A stretch of 64,000 nucleotides of DNA from a virus (Duplodnaviria; Caudoviricetes), in IMG/VR virus record IMGVR_UViG_3300027566_000007, positions 9,341 to 73,340 of that record; one strand, written 5' to 3'. The position numbers were made by a program, and so were the translations under genes. Shown here in pieces: positions 48,016 through 57,903 of the stretch (positions within the stretch are counted from its first letter, which is position 1; each line of letters opens with the position of its first letter). Below the pieces are notes generated by a model, which saw nothing but the letters and a program-made list of their open reading frames with translations, did no database searches and had not been told where the DNA came from.

Positions 48016-49097
48016 TAAAAAGAGCGATAGCACTGACATTTTGTTTATTACTTTTATGTAGTTATGTAGCGGCTGCTGCTACGAACACTAACTTAACCGA
48101 CTCAAAACACACCAGTAATGACAGCAAAGACAAACAGGCAACATCCCAAGGAAAGGTTACCAGTCTATCAAATTCGACAGAAAACAGTAAAAACAATTCA
48201 TCGAGCTCAGATTCAAATATCAAATCCGAAGAAGTGGATAATGGTAATTTCTTAACCAATGCGGTTTCGTCTGGTATAGCCCTCTTTCTTAAGGGGCTAT
48301 TCGATGGCATGTATACTGATGTATATGCAGACGGGTATGGCCCAGGAGAAACAGGCACTATAACAAACGGCACTGAGTACACAAATTCTACGTATGATGG
48401 TATTTATACAGCCATAACAAGCGTCCCACATCCATATGAAGATGATAAAATAGTTAAACTATATGGTGGATACCTGAACCTAACACTATTTTGCATCTCA
48501 ATTTTCGTTTTTGGCGCACTAACCAGCCGAAGTATTGCGCGGATGAAACTTAACAAAAACCTAAATTTAACACAGTCGGCTTTCGTTGGTGGAATTGCAA
48601 CTTGTCTTTTTGCGCTGGTTACAAATATTATCTACGCTGGCATACTGGATACAATCGAAGTACTTAATAATTTTATAACACTTCCAGCAATGCCAGCACT
48701 GGCCCCAGACCCTAGCAATCTGTTATTGTGTATTGTACAGACATTTTGTGATTTGGTATTGTTTGTATTTTTCATTATCCGGTACTATATCTTATATATT
48801 GTCGCGGTTGGTTGCTCAATTATTGCGGTTCTTCTCGTTCCAGAATTCACCAGGGACTTTTCAGAAAAATGCCTTGAAAAAATAGCTAGAATTCTTGCAC
48901 TTCAACCAGCCGCCCTTTTCGTGTACGTAGTCTGTGTAATTTCTGCGGATAGTCTACCTGGTAGCTTAAAAGCATTTGCGCATATCGGGACAACTGTAAT
49001 GGTTTCCGTGACATGTTGGTATTTCATGTTTGGAAATTTTACACTCTTGAAAAGAGGAATATCATACACAGTTAGGAAAGGAGTTGGAAAAATATGA
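48012..49097 (+). CDS. Polytopic membrane protein, VirB6/TrbL-like
   Basis: Signal peptide, S/N-rich linker, about 5-6 TM segments with FF..RY..L..V....I...L pattern; upstream of VirB4. Confidence 0.6.
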   Translation: MIKRAIALTFCLLLLCSYVAAAATNTNLTDSKHTSNDSKDKQATSQGKVTSLSNSTENSKNNSSSSDSNIKSEEVDNGNFLTNAVSSGIALFLKGLFDGMYTDVYADGYGPGETGTITNGTEYTNSTYDGIYTAITSVPHPYEDDKIVKLYGGYLNLTLFCISIFVFGALTSRSIARMKLNKNLNLTQSAFVGGIATCLFALVTNIIYAGILDTIEVLNNFITLPAMPALAPDPSNLLLCIVQTFCDLVLFVFFIIRYYILYIVAVGCSIIAVLLVPEFTRDFSEKCLEKIARILALQPAALFVYVVCVISADSLPGSLKAFAHIGTTVMVSVTCWYFMFGNFTLLKRGISYTVRKGVGKI

Positions 49098-50002
49098 ACA
49101 ACGACACACCTTATGGACAGCCTAAAGCGCCGGTAACGATTACAAAAATAAAATCAGACAGATTCCTAGATTTGACCAATTTACATACCTGGATTATGTT
49201 TATCGCTATTGGTCTATGTATGTACTTTTTCAAAATGATTGCTTTGTCTACTTTGGATGCAGACCGGTTAATGTATGCATCATTACTTCTATTGGTAGTG
49301 TTTTTATGGGTAAAATACTTCAGAAACGATGAACTTGTAGAATTTCAGAAAGACCGGTTTATATTTTTCATTGCAGACATTAGGGGAAAGCATGTTATTG
49401 ATGCCTTCTCCGAGCAACTTAAAACACTGATGAAAATTATCTCAATAGCAGCTATTCACGAAGGTGGTATTATAGAATTCCAGAGCAATCAAAGCGGTTT
49501 TATTCACTGGTTAAAAAGACTCTTTAAACTCGAAGTTAGAAAGCCTAATGAATTTGGAGTACTTTTTGAAACTTTTCCACCCAGGATATCAGATGAGTAT
49601 CGAGAAATCCACGAGGCAAAGCAGGAAAAGGTTGTTAACGGTCTTCCTGTGAACACTCTATATGAGAGTATAGCCTGCTCTGTTTTGGAGCCAAAGAAAC
49701 CGGTACTTCAGTATCTTTTAGAGCTTCAAAAAACATCAGGTGGTAAAGCAAACGATCAGCTTCTTGCAGACATGTATCTGCAGATTAGCCAGGACGAAGA
49801 CCAGGTCATAAGCTGGAGATATTTTAAGTTCTTAAGTCTTGGTCAACAAAAAAATATTGAAGCAGCCAGAATACAGTTTGGAGCCGTAGTCCCTGGTTTG
49901 CTCCATAGTATGTCAGCAGCATCATTACACCCCACTGTTTTGACAGACGAATGGGACATAATCAATGCATACCAAATAATGTTAGGGGAGGTTTCTATAT
50001 GA
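49094..50002 (+). CDS. Two-TM protein, VirB3/PrgI-like with soluble C-terminal domain
   Basis: Two N-terminal TM helices; overlaps the virB4 start. Confidence 0.5.
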   Translation: MNNDTPYGQPKAPVTITKIKSDRFLDLTNLHTWIMFIAIGLCMYFFKMIALSTLDADRLMYASLLLLVVFLWVKYFRNDELVEFQKDRFIFFIADIRGKHVIDAFSEQLKTLMKIISIAAIHEGGIIEFQSNQSGFIHWLKRLFKLEVRKPNEFGVLFETFPPRISDEYREIHEAKQEKVVNGLPVNTLYESIACSVLEPKKPVLQYLLELQKTSGGKANDQLLADMYLQISQDEDQVISWRYFKFLSLGQQKNIEAARIQFGAVVPGLLHSMSAASLHPTVLTDEWDIINAYQIMLGEVSI

Positions 50003-52518
50003 GCCTTTTTAAGAGCCTTAGAAGAAGCTGGAAGAAAGCAGGTGAAAAGGCTGTCGATCTTTCCTGGAATAGATCTTATGCTAAGAAAATACTGCCATCA
50101 AGAATCGAGATCTTCGATACGAACCTGCTTTTTAATCAAAGAACGGTAGTTAGGTGTCTGGTGTGTGGAACTGAAATGCATTCTGGTGCAGAAGGATACC
50201 CTAGGAATTTTTCGAGCCGAACTATGGAAGCAATACAGGCTATAAGCTTCCAGGGTGTCAAAATTATGATGTCAACTGGCCTGATTCAAATCCCAGGTGG
50301 TAGGACGAAAGAGGTGCTGCAAAGAGCTAACTTTGATGCCGAGAAGCAACAGCTTGTTAATCAGTTGGAAAAAGCAGGCAGTAAAGATTTAGAATTAATG
50401 ATGAAGTCAAACGATATAGTACAGAATTATTCAGAAATTTATCATAAAAATCAAAAAACATTTCATGCAAGCTTGATAGTGGTTCTAAAAGGTCCACATA
50501 ATAAGGTTTTCGAGGCAGAGAGTCAGATAATTAATATTATTCGCGGAGAAAGCATTGAAATAGACATCCCAACAAGAAAACAAATGGAGATGCTGCAAAC
50601 CGCTTTACCAGGTCCGGACTCTCATCCTCGTTCGTGGGTGGAAGTGAGAACTTCAGGAGCTGCAGTATTAACTTCTGCTACGAACCTCAACAGCCGGACA
50701 GATAACGAGGGGATGGTGTGGGGAAAAGACCTACTTACAAACAATCAGGTTGTTTTTGATCTGGATAACCTGGCATCTAAACATATGGTCGTTTGTGGCC
50801 CCACCAGATCAGGGAAAACCTATGCTTTCATGATGCTACTTATGAGGCTTCTGTACCTGCGAAATGCAAGAGTAATATATACAACACCAAAGGGTGATAT
50901 TGGCACGAATTACCGGTCTGTAGCTGGCTTCTTTGGGGAAAAAGGATGTGTAGCTGATATTGGCCTAAATGGTACTGAGTATCTTAATCCCTTGGATATC
51001 CTGGTAGACGAAGAAAGTATCGGGAATTCCCCACAGGCGTATGCTAAAGCTTATGATCTAAAAAAGGACGTGTTAATTCATGCTCACCGTATCTGGTTAG
51101 GTAATGAATTTACTTCGAATATGGAAAGTTATCTTGATGAAAGTATGGATTGGGTTTATGAGCAAGCAAAGGTCTTCAGGGATGATCCGGCAAGTTTCAA
51201 AAATCAAATGCCTGTGTACAACAACATGAGGTATAAATGGGAACTTGACAAGGAAAATAAAAACTTAGGGACAAAAGCAAAAACAGCAGAGGCTCTTTAT
51301 AACAAAAGTTATCAGTTTTCAGAAACAGGGCTGTTCAATAGGTACAATAACCAGACAAAAGGACTCAATTTAAACAAGGATTTCATTATTATTGACATGG
51401 CAGGAGTTCCAGAGGCAATTAAGCCATTCATGAGCGTAATAGTTAACGGCACACTTGCAACCAGGTTTTCAACAGACGTTGAACGAGAGACTTATCTGGC
51501 AGTGGACGAAGGAGCAGTATACCTCAGGGATAAAGAGCTTGCAGGGAACCTTCTCAGGACGCTTACACAGGGAGCCTCACATAAATTTTATTTATGGCTG
51601 GCTACTCAACAGGCAAGCGATTTCAAGAAGAATAATGTTTCAGAAGAATTCCAGGCCAACACTTTTATCAGTATTGTTTTAGGAAACAACTTAAAGGGCG
51701 CAGCCGTTAGGATAGCAAAAGACTATTTTGATCTTACCGACGAAGAGTGCTCAATTCTTGCAGGCTGCACAGTCGGAGAAGGTCTGCTACTCTTCGGAGA
51801 TGAACGAGTACCTATCAGGTTTGAATCCACTCCAACTGAAAATAAGATCATCAAAGGTGAAGGGTATACAGGGGAAAATATTACGCCCGGTGTTGAATTT
51901 GCATTTAAGAAAGAATACAAGTGGTTAATAAACGAGCAAAGAATGGTACTTTCTGACTGGATTGAAGGTGACCGTGACATATTATTACAACGTGGCTATG
52001 AAAAACACAAGGTAGCCAGAGTCAACAAACCAGGAAGGGTAGTAGCATTTTTCCCCAAAGGTGCGGTAATAAACGACAAAATGAGAATACCGCATATAGG
52101 GACCATGTCATTAGATCACTACGCTTCCGTGGTCCAAATTGGAGCACTCATGCAGGATGAAAAATTTGAGGAAATAACGATAAACCATAATGACGAGGAG
52201 GATTTACGCGGGAAAAAGAACGGAATAATACTGGCCATCGAGTACGAGAAAAAAGGATCTCATACTACTGAACAATTGCTAGAAAAGAAGCGTGCCGCGC
52301 TCGAAAAAGGCATGGAAGTAAGGTTTATATGCAGTTCGGAAGACTACCCATTCATTGCGGGCATCGTAGGAGAAGATTACTGCCTTCAGAGAGGGGCAGC
52401 CGTCGCCGAATTCTTACACAATTTCGGCAATCAGAAACCGATAACAGTAGAAACCCTTGTTTCTGAAACATTGGTGGAACTTACAGAAGAAACAGAGGCT
52501 TTAGAAGCCTTAGATTGA
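49999..52518 (+). CDS. virB4: VirB4-family conjugation ATPase with extra C-terminal domain
   Basis: N.QVVFD, HMVVCGPTRSGKT, LNPLD, FIIIDM, LAVDEGAVYL, LWLATQQASDF, GEGLL; GGGGAGG RBS before ATG 49999. Confidence 0.85.
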   Translation: MSLFKSLRRSWKKAGEKAVDLSWNRSYAKKILPSRIEIFDTNLLFNQRTVVRCLVCGTEMHSGAEGYPRNFSSRTMEAIQAISFQGVKIMMSTGLIQIPGGRTKEVLQRANFDAEKQQLVNQLEKAGSKDLELMMKSNDIVQNYSEIYHKNQKTFHASLIVVLKGPHNKVFEAESQIINIIRGESIEIDIPTRKQMEMLQTALPGPDSHPRSWVEVRTSGAAVLTSATNLNSRTDNEGMVWGKDLLTNNQVVFDLDNLASKHMVVCGPTRSGKTYAFMMLLMRLLYLRNARVIYTTPKGDIGTNYRSVAGFFGEKGCVADIGLNGTEYLNPLDILVDEESIGNSPQAYAKAYDLKKDVLIHAHRIWLGNEFTSNMESYLDESMDWVYEQAKVFRDDPASFKNQMPVYNNMRYKWELDKENKNLGTKAKTAEALYNKSYQFSETGLFNRYNNQTKGLNLNKDFIIIDMAGVPEAIKPFMSVIVNGTLATRFSTDVERETYLAVDEGAVYLRDKELAGNLLRTLTQGASHKFYLWLATQQASDFKKNNVSEEFQANTFISIVLGNNLKGAAVRIAKDYFDLTDEECSILAGCTVGEGLLLFGDERVPIRFESTPTENKIIKGEGYTGENITPGVEFAFKKEYKWLINEQRMVLSDWIEGDRDILLQRGYEKHKVARVNKPGRVVAFFPKGAVINDKMRIPHIGTMSLDHYASVVQIGALMQDEKFEEITINHNDEEDLRGKKNGIILAIEYEKKGSHTTEQLLEKKRAALEKGMEVRFICSSEDYPFIAGIVGEDYCLQRGAAVAEFLHNFGNQKPITVETLVSETLVELTEETEALEALD

Positions 52519-52617
52519 AACGGTACATAGAGAGACACTCTATGTATTATACTAAAAACTATCCACAGCAGGGCATTTTAAATACTATTATGACTATTAC
52601 TATGTATGGATAGGAAA

Positions 52618-52758
52618 ATGATAAAATGTCCTGCGTGTGGGTATGAATGGATTTACAAAGGTAAAAAGTTAAAAATGATTGCCGAAGGAAAACGGGTTTA
52701 TTTAACTTGCCCTACATGCAGGACTAATGTAAAAGTGGAGTCAAAAGAGGTTGAGTGA
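52618..52758 (+). CDS. Small zinc-ribbon protein (46 aa, not in ORF track)
   Basis: MIKCPACGYEW...TCPTCR. Confidence 0.65.
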   Translation: MIKCPACGYEWIYKGKKLKMIAEGKRVYLTCPTCRTNVKVESKEVE

Positions 52759-53591
52759 TGGCATCTCGTAGGTTTTTTTCAGATGATGAGCTTCTTAGAG
52801 TGTTATCTTCAGTACCTCAACCAACTTCTGCGATTAGTTCTGCTATAAAATGTTCACCCGACGCGGCTCGGAAGCGTTTAAGACTGTTACATGACGCGGG
52901 TATAATAGAAATGACAGAAATTCCGTTCAATACAAAAATTAGAAAAATATACATGTGGAGCAAAAAAGAAGCACCTGTCAAAAACAACACACCAGATCAT
53001 TATCTTATTTGTAAACAATGTAAACGATTAAAACCTATACGTGACTTTTCTACGTTACATGGAAAGTATATAACTATGTGTAAGAGCTGCAAGAATGAAA
53101 ATTATAGGAGAAATTATAAACTTAAACAATTAACAAATGAATTAAAATCAAAAGAGAAAGAATTGATCAATTTTAGAGAATATTCCACTGGAAATAAAAT
53201 TGATCTATATATAAAAAAAGCACAAGAGATTGACAAAATAAGTAAACAAATTTTTAGGATTAAAAACTGGTACAGAATACGAAACCGAGAACGTATTTAT
53301 GGGACCAAAGTATCAGGAAAACTCTCAAAAATGAAAGCCAACTCTAAACGTCGATTTTTAGGGTTTAACCCGATAAATGAATATTTCAAAGGTTCTGAAT
53401 ATCACCATCTTCGATATAATACAAATGGTCAAAAAGATGATGATATTGGTATCTTTATACCACGCGATATACATCGTTCCGTGCCACATAACGGCGTAAC
53501 GGGAATGGGGATGGATGAAATGAATTCAATAGCCATTAAATGGTATAATTCAAATGGTGGAAACCTGAACTACTCTATACAGACTGTATAG
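52755..53591 (+). CDS. wHTH plus zinc finger plus HNH-like protein
   Basis: ARKRLRLLHDAGII (wHTH), CKQC...CKSC, EYHHL...IFIPRDIHRSVPHN. Confidence 0.6.
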   Translation: MMASRRFFSDDELLRVLSSVPQPTSAISSAIKCSPDAARKRLRLLHDAGIIEMTEIPFNTKIRKIYMWSKKEAPVKNNTPDHYLICKQCKRLKPIRDFSTLHGKYITMCKSCKNENYRRNYKLKQLTNELKSKEKELINFREYSTGNKIDLYIKKAQEIDKISKQIFRIKNWYRIRNRERIYGTKVSGKLSKMKANSKRRFLGFNPINEYFKGSEYHHLRYNTNGQKDDDIGIFIPRDIHRSVPHNGVTGMGMDEMNSIAIKWYNSNGGNLNYSIQTV

Positions 53592-53906
53592 CTTATTACA
53601 CCGAAGCTCGGCTAATATCTATACAGTATAACATATTCAAATTTAAAAACTAAAATTTTATTTATTATTCCCATACCCCCTTTTAATTAATAAATGAACT
53701 CTTAACATAATAGATAATAGATACGTCATACTACTTATTATAAAGATTGATACTAATATTCTGAGTGCAATTCTAATATTTTCATATTCAGGTGGAATCG
53801 GGAGTAAAATTATAAAATGTGTTGAAAAATTGTTTATTATTCCCCATAAATAAATATAAAAATCCACGATTTTCATTTTCGTTAGCTCCAACCAGGTATT
53901 ATGTTA

Positions 53907-54368
53907 TTAATCTTCTTTTTCTAACTTCCTCAATGCTCTACTCAACCGTTTTTTAAGTTCCACGTTATCTCTTTCAAGATTTGTTACATCCCGTTCTCTT
54001 AATCTTATTATATCGTTGGCGTGTCCCATGTCTTCAATGAGCCGTTTTGTATTTTCAATCTCTTCAACTTTTTGATATATCCCACGTTCAAACTCTGAAG
54101 CAAACATTTCAAGCATATCAAAAGTATCCATTCTGTTCATCCATGATGGATATTTACTATTCTGTTTAGAATGTTCCAGAATGCCCACTGGGAGTCCTGC
54201 GGTTTTTAAGACTCGTATTACTATTGATAGTTCTCTATGCGGTTCAGATTTAGTCATCTTTTCTTTAATTTCTTGCTGACTTTTATAATTTGCATATTTT
54301 TGTATTCCTTCAAACATGTTAGCACTTCCCTTTATCCTCTTTTTCCTTCCTCTTCTCCATCCTATCAA
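53907..54368 (-). CDS. Coiled-coil hypothetical protein
   Basis: ORF track. Confidence 0.55.
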   Translation of the reverse strand: MIGWRRGRKKRIKGSANMFEGIQKYANYKSQQEIKEKMTKSEPHRELSIVIRVLKTAGLPVGILEHSKQNSKYPSWMNRMDTFDMLEMFASEFERGIYQKVEEIENTKRLIEDMGHANDIIRLRERDVTNLERDNVELKKRLSRALRKLEKED

Positions 54369-54656
54369 TCCTCTCGGAATATCTCAACATCTTACAAAAT
54401 TCGATTTCGTCATATTCAGGAGCTGGTAACATGATTATTCACCTTCAATCATCTTTAATTCTAAAACCGTTATCAATAGAATTTCATATTAATTAATTGC
54501 ATTTTATTATTATATAATTCAATTCTACCTATCTATCTATACCTATACTTAATCGAATTAAATATTAAATATATTAAATATTTAATTCCCTTCAATAGTC
54601 GTACAGTCTTTTTCACCCATTCAAATTAGATATTATTAAATCCGAGTTTATTAATA

Positions 54657-55163
54657 TTAAATTCCCTTCAGCATCTTTATTTTCTTCAATCTATCTTCGG
54701 AGTGTCCAGCTTCCAAAAGCGTATCAAAAATACACTTTCTTGCTTCTTGCTTATCTTTCAGACCATATGTACCACATAGATGCTCTAAAAACGAATTTGG
54801 ACTTTGGTGATTAATAATAAAACTAAATCGACTAACAATAAACTCCTTCAATTTTGTTTTATTTTCTTCCTCAGCTACCTTCTCTTCCTGTTCGTGTTTT
54901 GCCTTTTCCTCTTCCTCTACTAACCTCGTTTCTAACATTTGAATTAATAGTAACTCATCTTCCACGTGTTTTTTTCGTTCAGCGATTTCCTGTTTAATCT
55001 TACCTATAGGAGATTCCACACTTTTTCTTTTTTCAGCAATCAGCTCCCGTATAAAAGCAGAATTCTCTTTTCCAAAGGTCTTTATAAAATCAAGGTCATC
55101 TTGAGATAGACTGATGCTAGTGTTTGTTCTTTTCTCTAAGACAGTTGGTCGTCCTCTCCTCAT
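54657..55163 (-). CDS. RHH-like N-terminus plus coiled coil
   Basis: MRRGRP...TSISLSQDDLDFIK...NSAFIRELI; RBS GGTGT before ATG 55163 (ORF track starts at 55295). Confidence 0.6.
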   Translation of the reverse strand: MRRGRPTVLEKRTNTSISLSQDDLDFIKTFGKENSAFIRELIAEKRKSVESPIGKIKQEIAERKKHVEDELLLIQMLETRLVEEEEKAKHEQEEKVAEEENKTKLKEFIVSRFSFIINHQSPNSFLEHLCGTYGLKDKQEARKCIFDTLLEAGHSEDRLKKIKMLKGI

Positions 55164-55318
55164 AGTTACACCTACTCGGAGAACACACAAGCAAAAGCAG
55201 AACAATACTTTTATATCAAAAACAAGCATATCCTTAACTGCAATAGCAGGACAGTAGTTTTCTATTGTTCCAGGCTTCAGGGGTGTTAGCCGCACTCCTG
55301 TTGCTTATTGTTCTCTAA

Positions 55319-55558
55319 TTACTTTTTTAATTTTTGTACTTCCGCTTCGAGTTCATGTATTCTTTTTTCAAGAGTTGGTACTTTCTGGGCCTGTTCAATT
55401 AACTTCCACACAGCGTCCTCTTGTGTTTCCTTATCTCCTTTCATCTTATCAAGTGTCTGTTTGAGGCGGTTTGTCGCCTTCATTGTTGACATTTTTTCAG
55501 GAGAAGGGGTTAACTTCTCCTCAAGGGCTTTTATACGGGATTCCAAGTCTTCAGTCAT
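55319..55558 (-). CDS. RHH-like regulator with coiled coil
   Basis: STMKATNRLKQTLDKMKGDKETQEDAVWKLIE. Confidence 0.6.
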   Translation of the reverse strand: MTEDLESRIKALEEKLTPSPEKMSTMKATNRLKQTLDKMKGDKETQEDAVWKLIEQAQKVPTLEKRIHELEAEVQKLKK

Positions 55559-56018
55559 TCTCAGACACCCATTTGAACACTTTAGGGTTTTCAGATATTC
55601 TGATTACGGGGCCGCTTCTACAAGCTTGATACTCGTATTCTGATACTTTTGAATCATCTCTCTTTGGCACTATGATTTCTACATTGAAAGTTTCTTCAAT
55701 TGTTGTCATAAACTTCTTTGTATTTCCACACATACAGCTTCCTAAAATCATATACGCGCCGTCGGGGGTGTACATCTTATGAGGTGTGCCATAGTCAAAA
55801 TCGATTTCAATTCCATGTTCGGATTTATCATTTTCATTGAATCCATATTCTTCTGGACGGTTCCAAACTTCCCCGCCTGCTTCACACCACAAATCTCTAA
55901 GTTTTTCAAGTAGTAATTTATATGTTTCATTTTCAATCGGCTCGCACATCATATATTTATGCATTTTTCCACACACAGGGCAATACTTATTTTCTAAATC
56001 ATCAGTCATTGTTACCAT
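55551..56018 (-). CDS. Cys-containing hypothetical protein
   Basis: CPVCG; first gene after the promoter at about 56030-56070. Confidence 0.55.
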   Translation of the reverse strand: MVTMTDDLENKYCPVCGKMHKYMMCEPIENETYKLLLEKLRDLWCEAGGEVWNRPEEYGFNENDKSEHGIEIDFDYGTPHKMYTPDGAYMILGSCMCGNTKKFMTTIEETFNVEIIVPKRDDSKVSEYEYQACRSGPVIRISENPKVFKWVSEND

Positions 56019-56233
56019 CCTATTAGTTCTGTAGTATAGTATACGTATACTAAGTATATATACTTTTACCGTTTTATCTGATTTAATATTATAAAATTAC
56101 TTAATTACATTAATCGTAATCGATTATTTTCACTCAATTGATAGGATTACTCTCATATCTCTCAGGTAGTCTAATAACAAGCCTCTCTTAAATCCTCCAC
56201 TACCTCAACATTCCAGCGTCCGACGACTCCACA

Positions 56234-56251
56234 TTTTTGATTTTCCTTTAT
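56234..56251 (+). promoter_or_regulatory. Candidate late-gene motif TTTTTGATTTTCCTTTAT
   Basis: One mismatch to the terS/portal motif; 25 nt before the scaffold ATG; upstream gene is divergent. Confidence 0.55.
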
Positions 56252-56276
56252 TATCATTTTACACATTTTTCCAATC

Positions 56277-57284
56277 ATGACAGGTGAATCACCTCCATCT
56301 CATTTTATCACTGAGCCTTTGCTCTGCTCTTTCAAACCAAAAAAACTTGAAGACGGCAGCATTAGGATGGCCTTTGTAAAAGCGGGGCAAAAGGCATACA
56401 GCATTTTTGGGGAAGAGGCTACACTTACAGAAGAATTTATTTCAAGAGATTATAAGACCTGGGAAGGCGGCCTCGTATCTATTAATCATCAGTATAATAA
56501 CGAATGGGTCAAAGCTATCATGCGCGATATCGAATATGACCCAAATGAACGAATCGGAATATGCTCTTTTTACGACATTCCAGACTGGCTAACATCTCTA
56601 ATTTATTCTGATGATTATAGGGGACTCTCACAGGAATGCATACCAATTGAGTTTGGTAAAAATTCAACTGATGTTATCAAAGGCTATGGAACCGGTGTTA
56701 CCATAGTCACCGATCCTTATGAACCGGCAGCTAACCAAACGATGGGAGTAGGTATCAGACCTGAATTAGCTGCTATTCTTGCTTCAAAATATCCACAAGT
56801 AGAGGATACTATGTCAGACAAACCTGGAGGCGGTACTCCCGCCATATCTGTAGAGGCGTTTGAATCTACCGTCTCTGAAAATGTACAGCTCAAGAGTCAG
56901 ATTAAGACTTTGGAATCAGACATAAAAAAGAAGGATGAGGAAATTGTTTCCTGGGAAAAAAGATACAAGGAGCTTGAGTCAGGCGAGGCTGACCGGACTA
57001 AAATTGCCATCGAGTCAGCTCTCGCAGCCAGGGACGCTGAACTCAAAGCAACTGCAGAAAGAGAAACAGCAGTCTCAGAACTTAAGGTAGCAATGGGCAA
57101 GGATGCAGCCGAGCAGTATCTTGCAACAAATCCAAGCCTGGACCAGATCAAGAGTATCACAGTGATACTGAAAACCAAAGCCGCCAGAGGCGTTAGCAGT
57201 ACACAGAGCGACCAGCTAAACGAAGACGGAGAATCTTACGATTCGATCAAAAAGAGATTTGACTCCAGGCTTGGGAGGTCTTAA
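56277..57284 (+). CDS. Prohead protease-like/scaffolding protein
   Basis: Beta-rich N-terminal domain plus a long coiled-coil C-terminus; two genes upstream of the MCP. Confidence 0.65.
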   Translation: MTGESPPSHFITEPLLCSFKPKKLEDGSIRMAFVKAGQKAYSIFGEEATLTEEFISRDYKTWEGGLVSINHQYNNEWVKAIMRDIEYDPNERIGICSFYDIPDWLTSLIYSDDYRGLSQECIPIEFGKNSTDVIKGYGTGVTIVTDPYEPAANQTMGVGIRPELAAILASKYPQVEDTMSDKPGGGTPAISVEAFESTVSENVQLKSQIKTLESDIKKKDEEIVSWEKRYKELESGEADRTKIAIESALAARDAELKATAERETAVSELKVAMGKDAAEQYLATNPSLDQIKSITVILKTKAARGVSSTQSDQLNEDGESYDSIKKRFDSRLGRS

Positions 57285-57286
57285 GC

Positions 57287-57889
57287 ATGGCTGCTAATGA
57301 TGTGTCCGGTGATTACGGCTTCGTAACTCAGATGACCTGTATTCTGAAGGAAGGTAATATCACTTACAACTCTTCGGGTTACGGTCCTTTCGGGAAAATG
57401 GCAGTTAACACGCTTGCAAGCGAAATTAAACAAGGTGATGTAGTCTCCCTTTCCACCGATGCTGCAAACACTGCAGATGCAACAGACAACAATCCGGTTG
57501 TAACTCTTCCTGCAAACGGCGTTGATCTCGCTTTTGGTATTGTAATCGATGTCCCTAAGTGGGTGAGACAGCCTGCAGCATCTCAGACAACCTGGTCTAC
57601 AATGCTTGCGGGCGGATACTACAGAATAGCTACGGTTGCTCTGTTTGTACCCATGAGTGTTTTCAAAGCAACTCTGGTATGTGCTAACGCTGCAGCTATC
57701 GTACCAGGGACTACGGGGACTCTTGACATAGATGCAAGTGCCAGCCTTGCTCTAAACGGGCTTTCAGTCGTGGATGTTGCCAGTAACGGGTCAAGTGATA
57801 TGATACCACTTACCTATGCTGCACAGTCTGCAAGTGCCACGGTTTCTGTTCTGATTGGGTTCAAAGGGTTTGGAACGGTGACAACGTAA
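57287..57889 (+). CDS. Capsid decoration/cement protein
   Basis: Small-residue-rich beta protein between scaffold and MCP. Confidence 0.6.
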   Translation: MAANDVSGDYGFVTQMTCILKEGNITYNSSGYGPFGKMAVNTLASEIKQGDVVSLSTDAANTADATDNNPVVTLPANGVDLAFGIVIDVPKWVRQPAASQTTWSTMLAGGYYRIATVALFVPMSVFKATLVCANAAAIVPGTTGTLDIDASASLALNGLSVVDVASNGSSDMIPLTYAAQSASATVSVLIGFKGFGTVTT

Positions 57890-57903
57890 GGAGGGGTTAA
57901 AAG

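Noticed and set aside
45723-52518. Embedded pleolipovirus-like structural cluster
   Set aside because: Gene order is superficially similar (membrane protein, spike, membrane proteins, ATPase), but the large ATPase has VirB4 motifs and the polytopic protein is VirB6-like.
54480-54670. ATTAAATAT/AATTCCCTTC repeats as a regulatory array
   Set aside because: Very AT-rich low-complexity DNA; significance cannot be supported.
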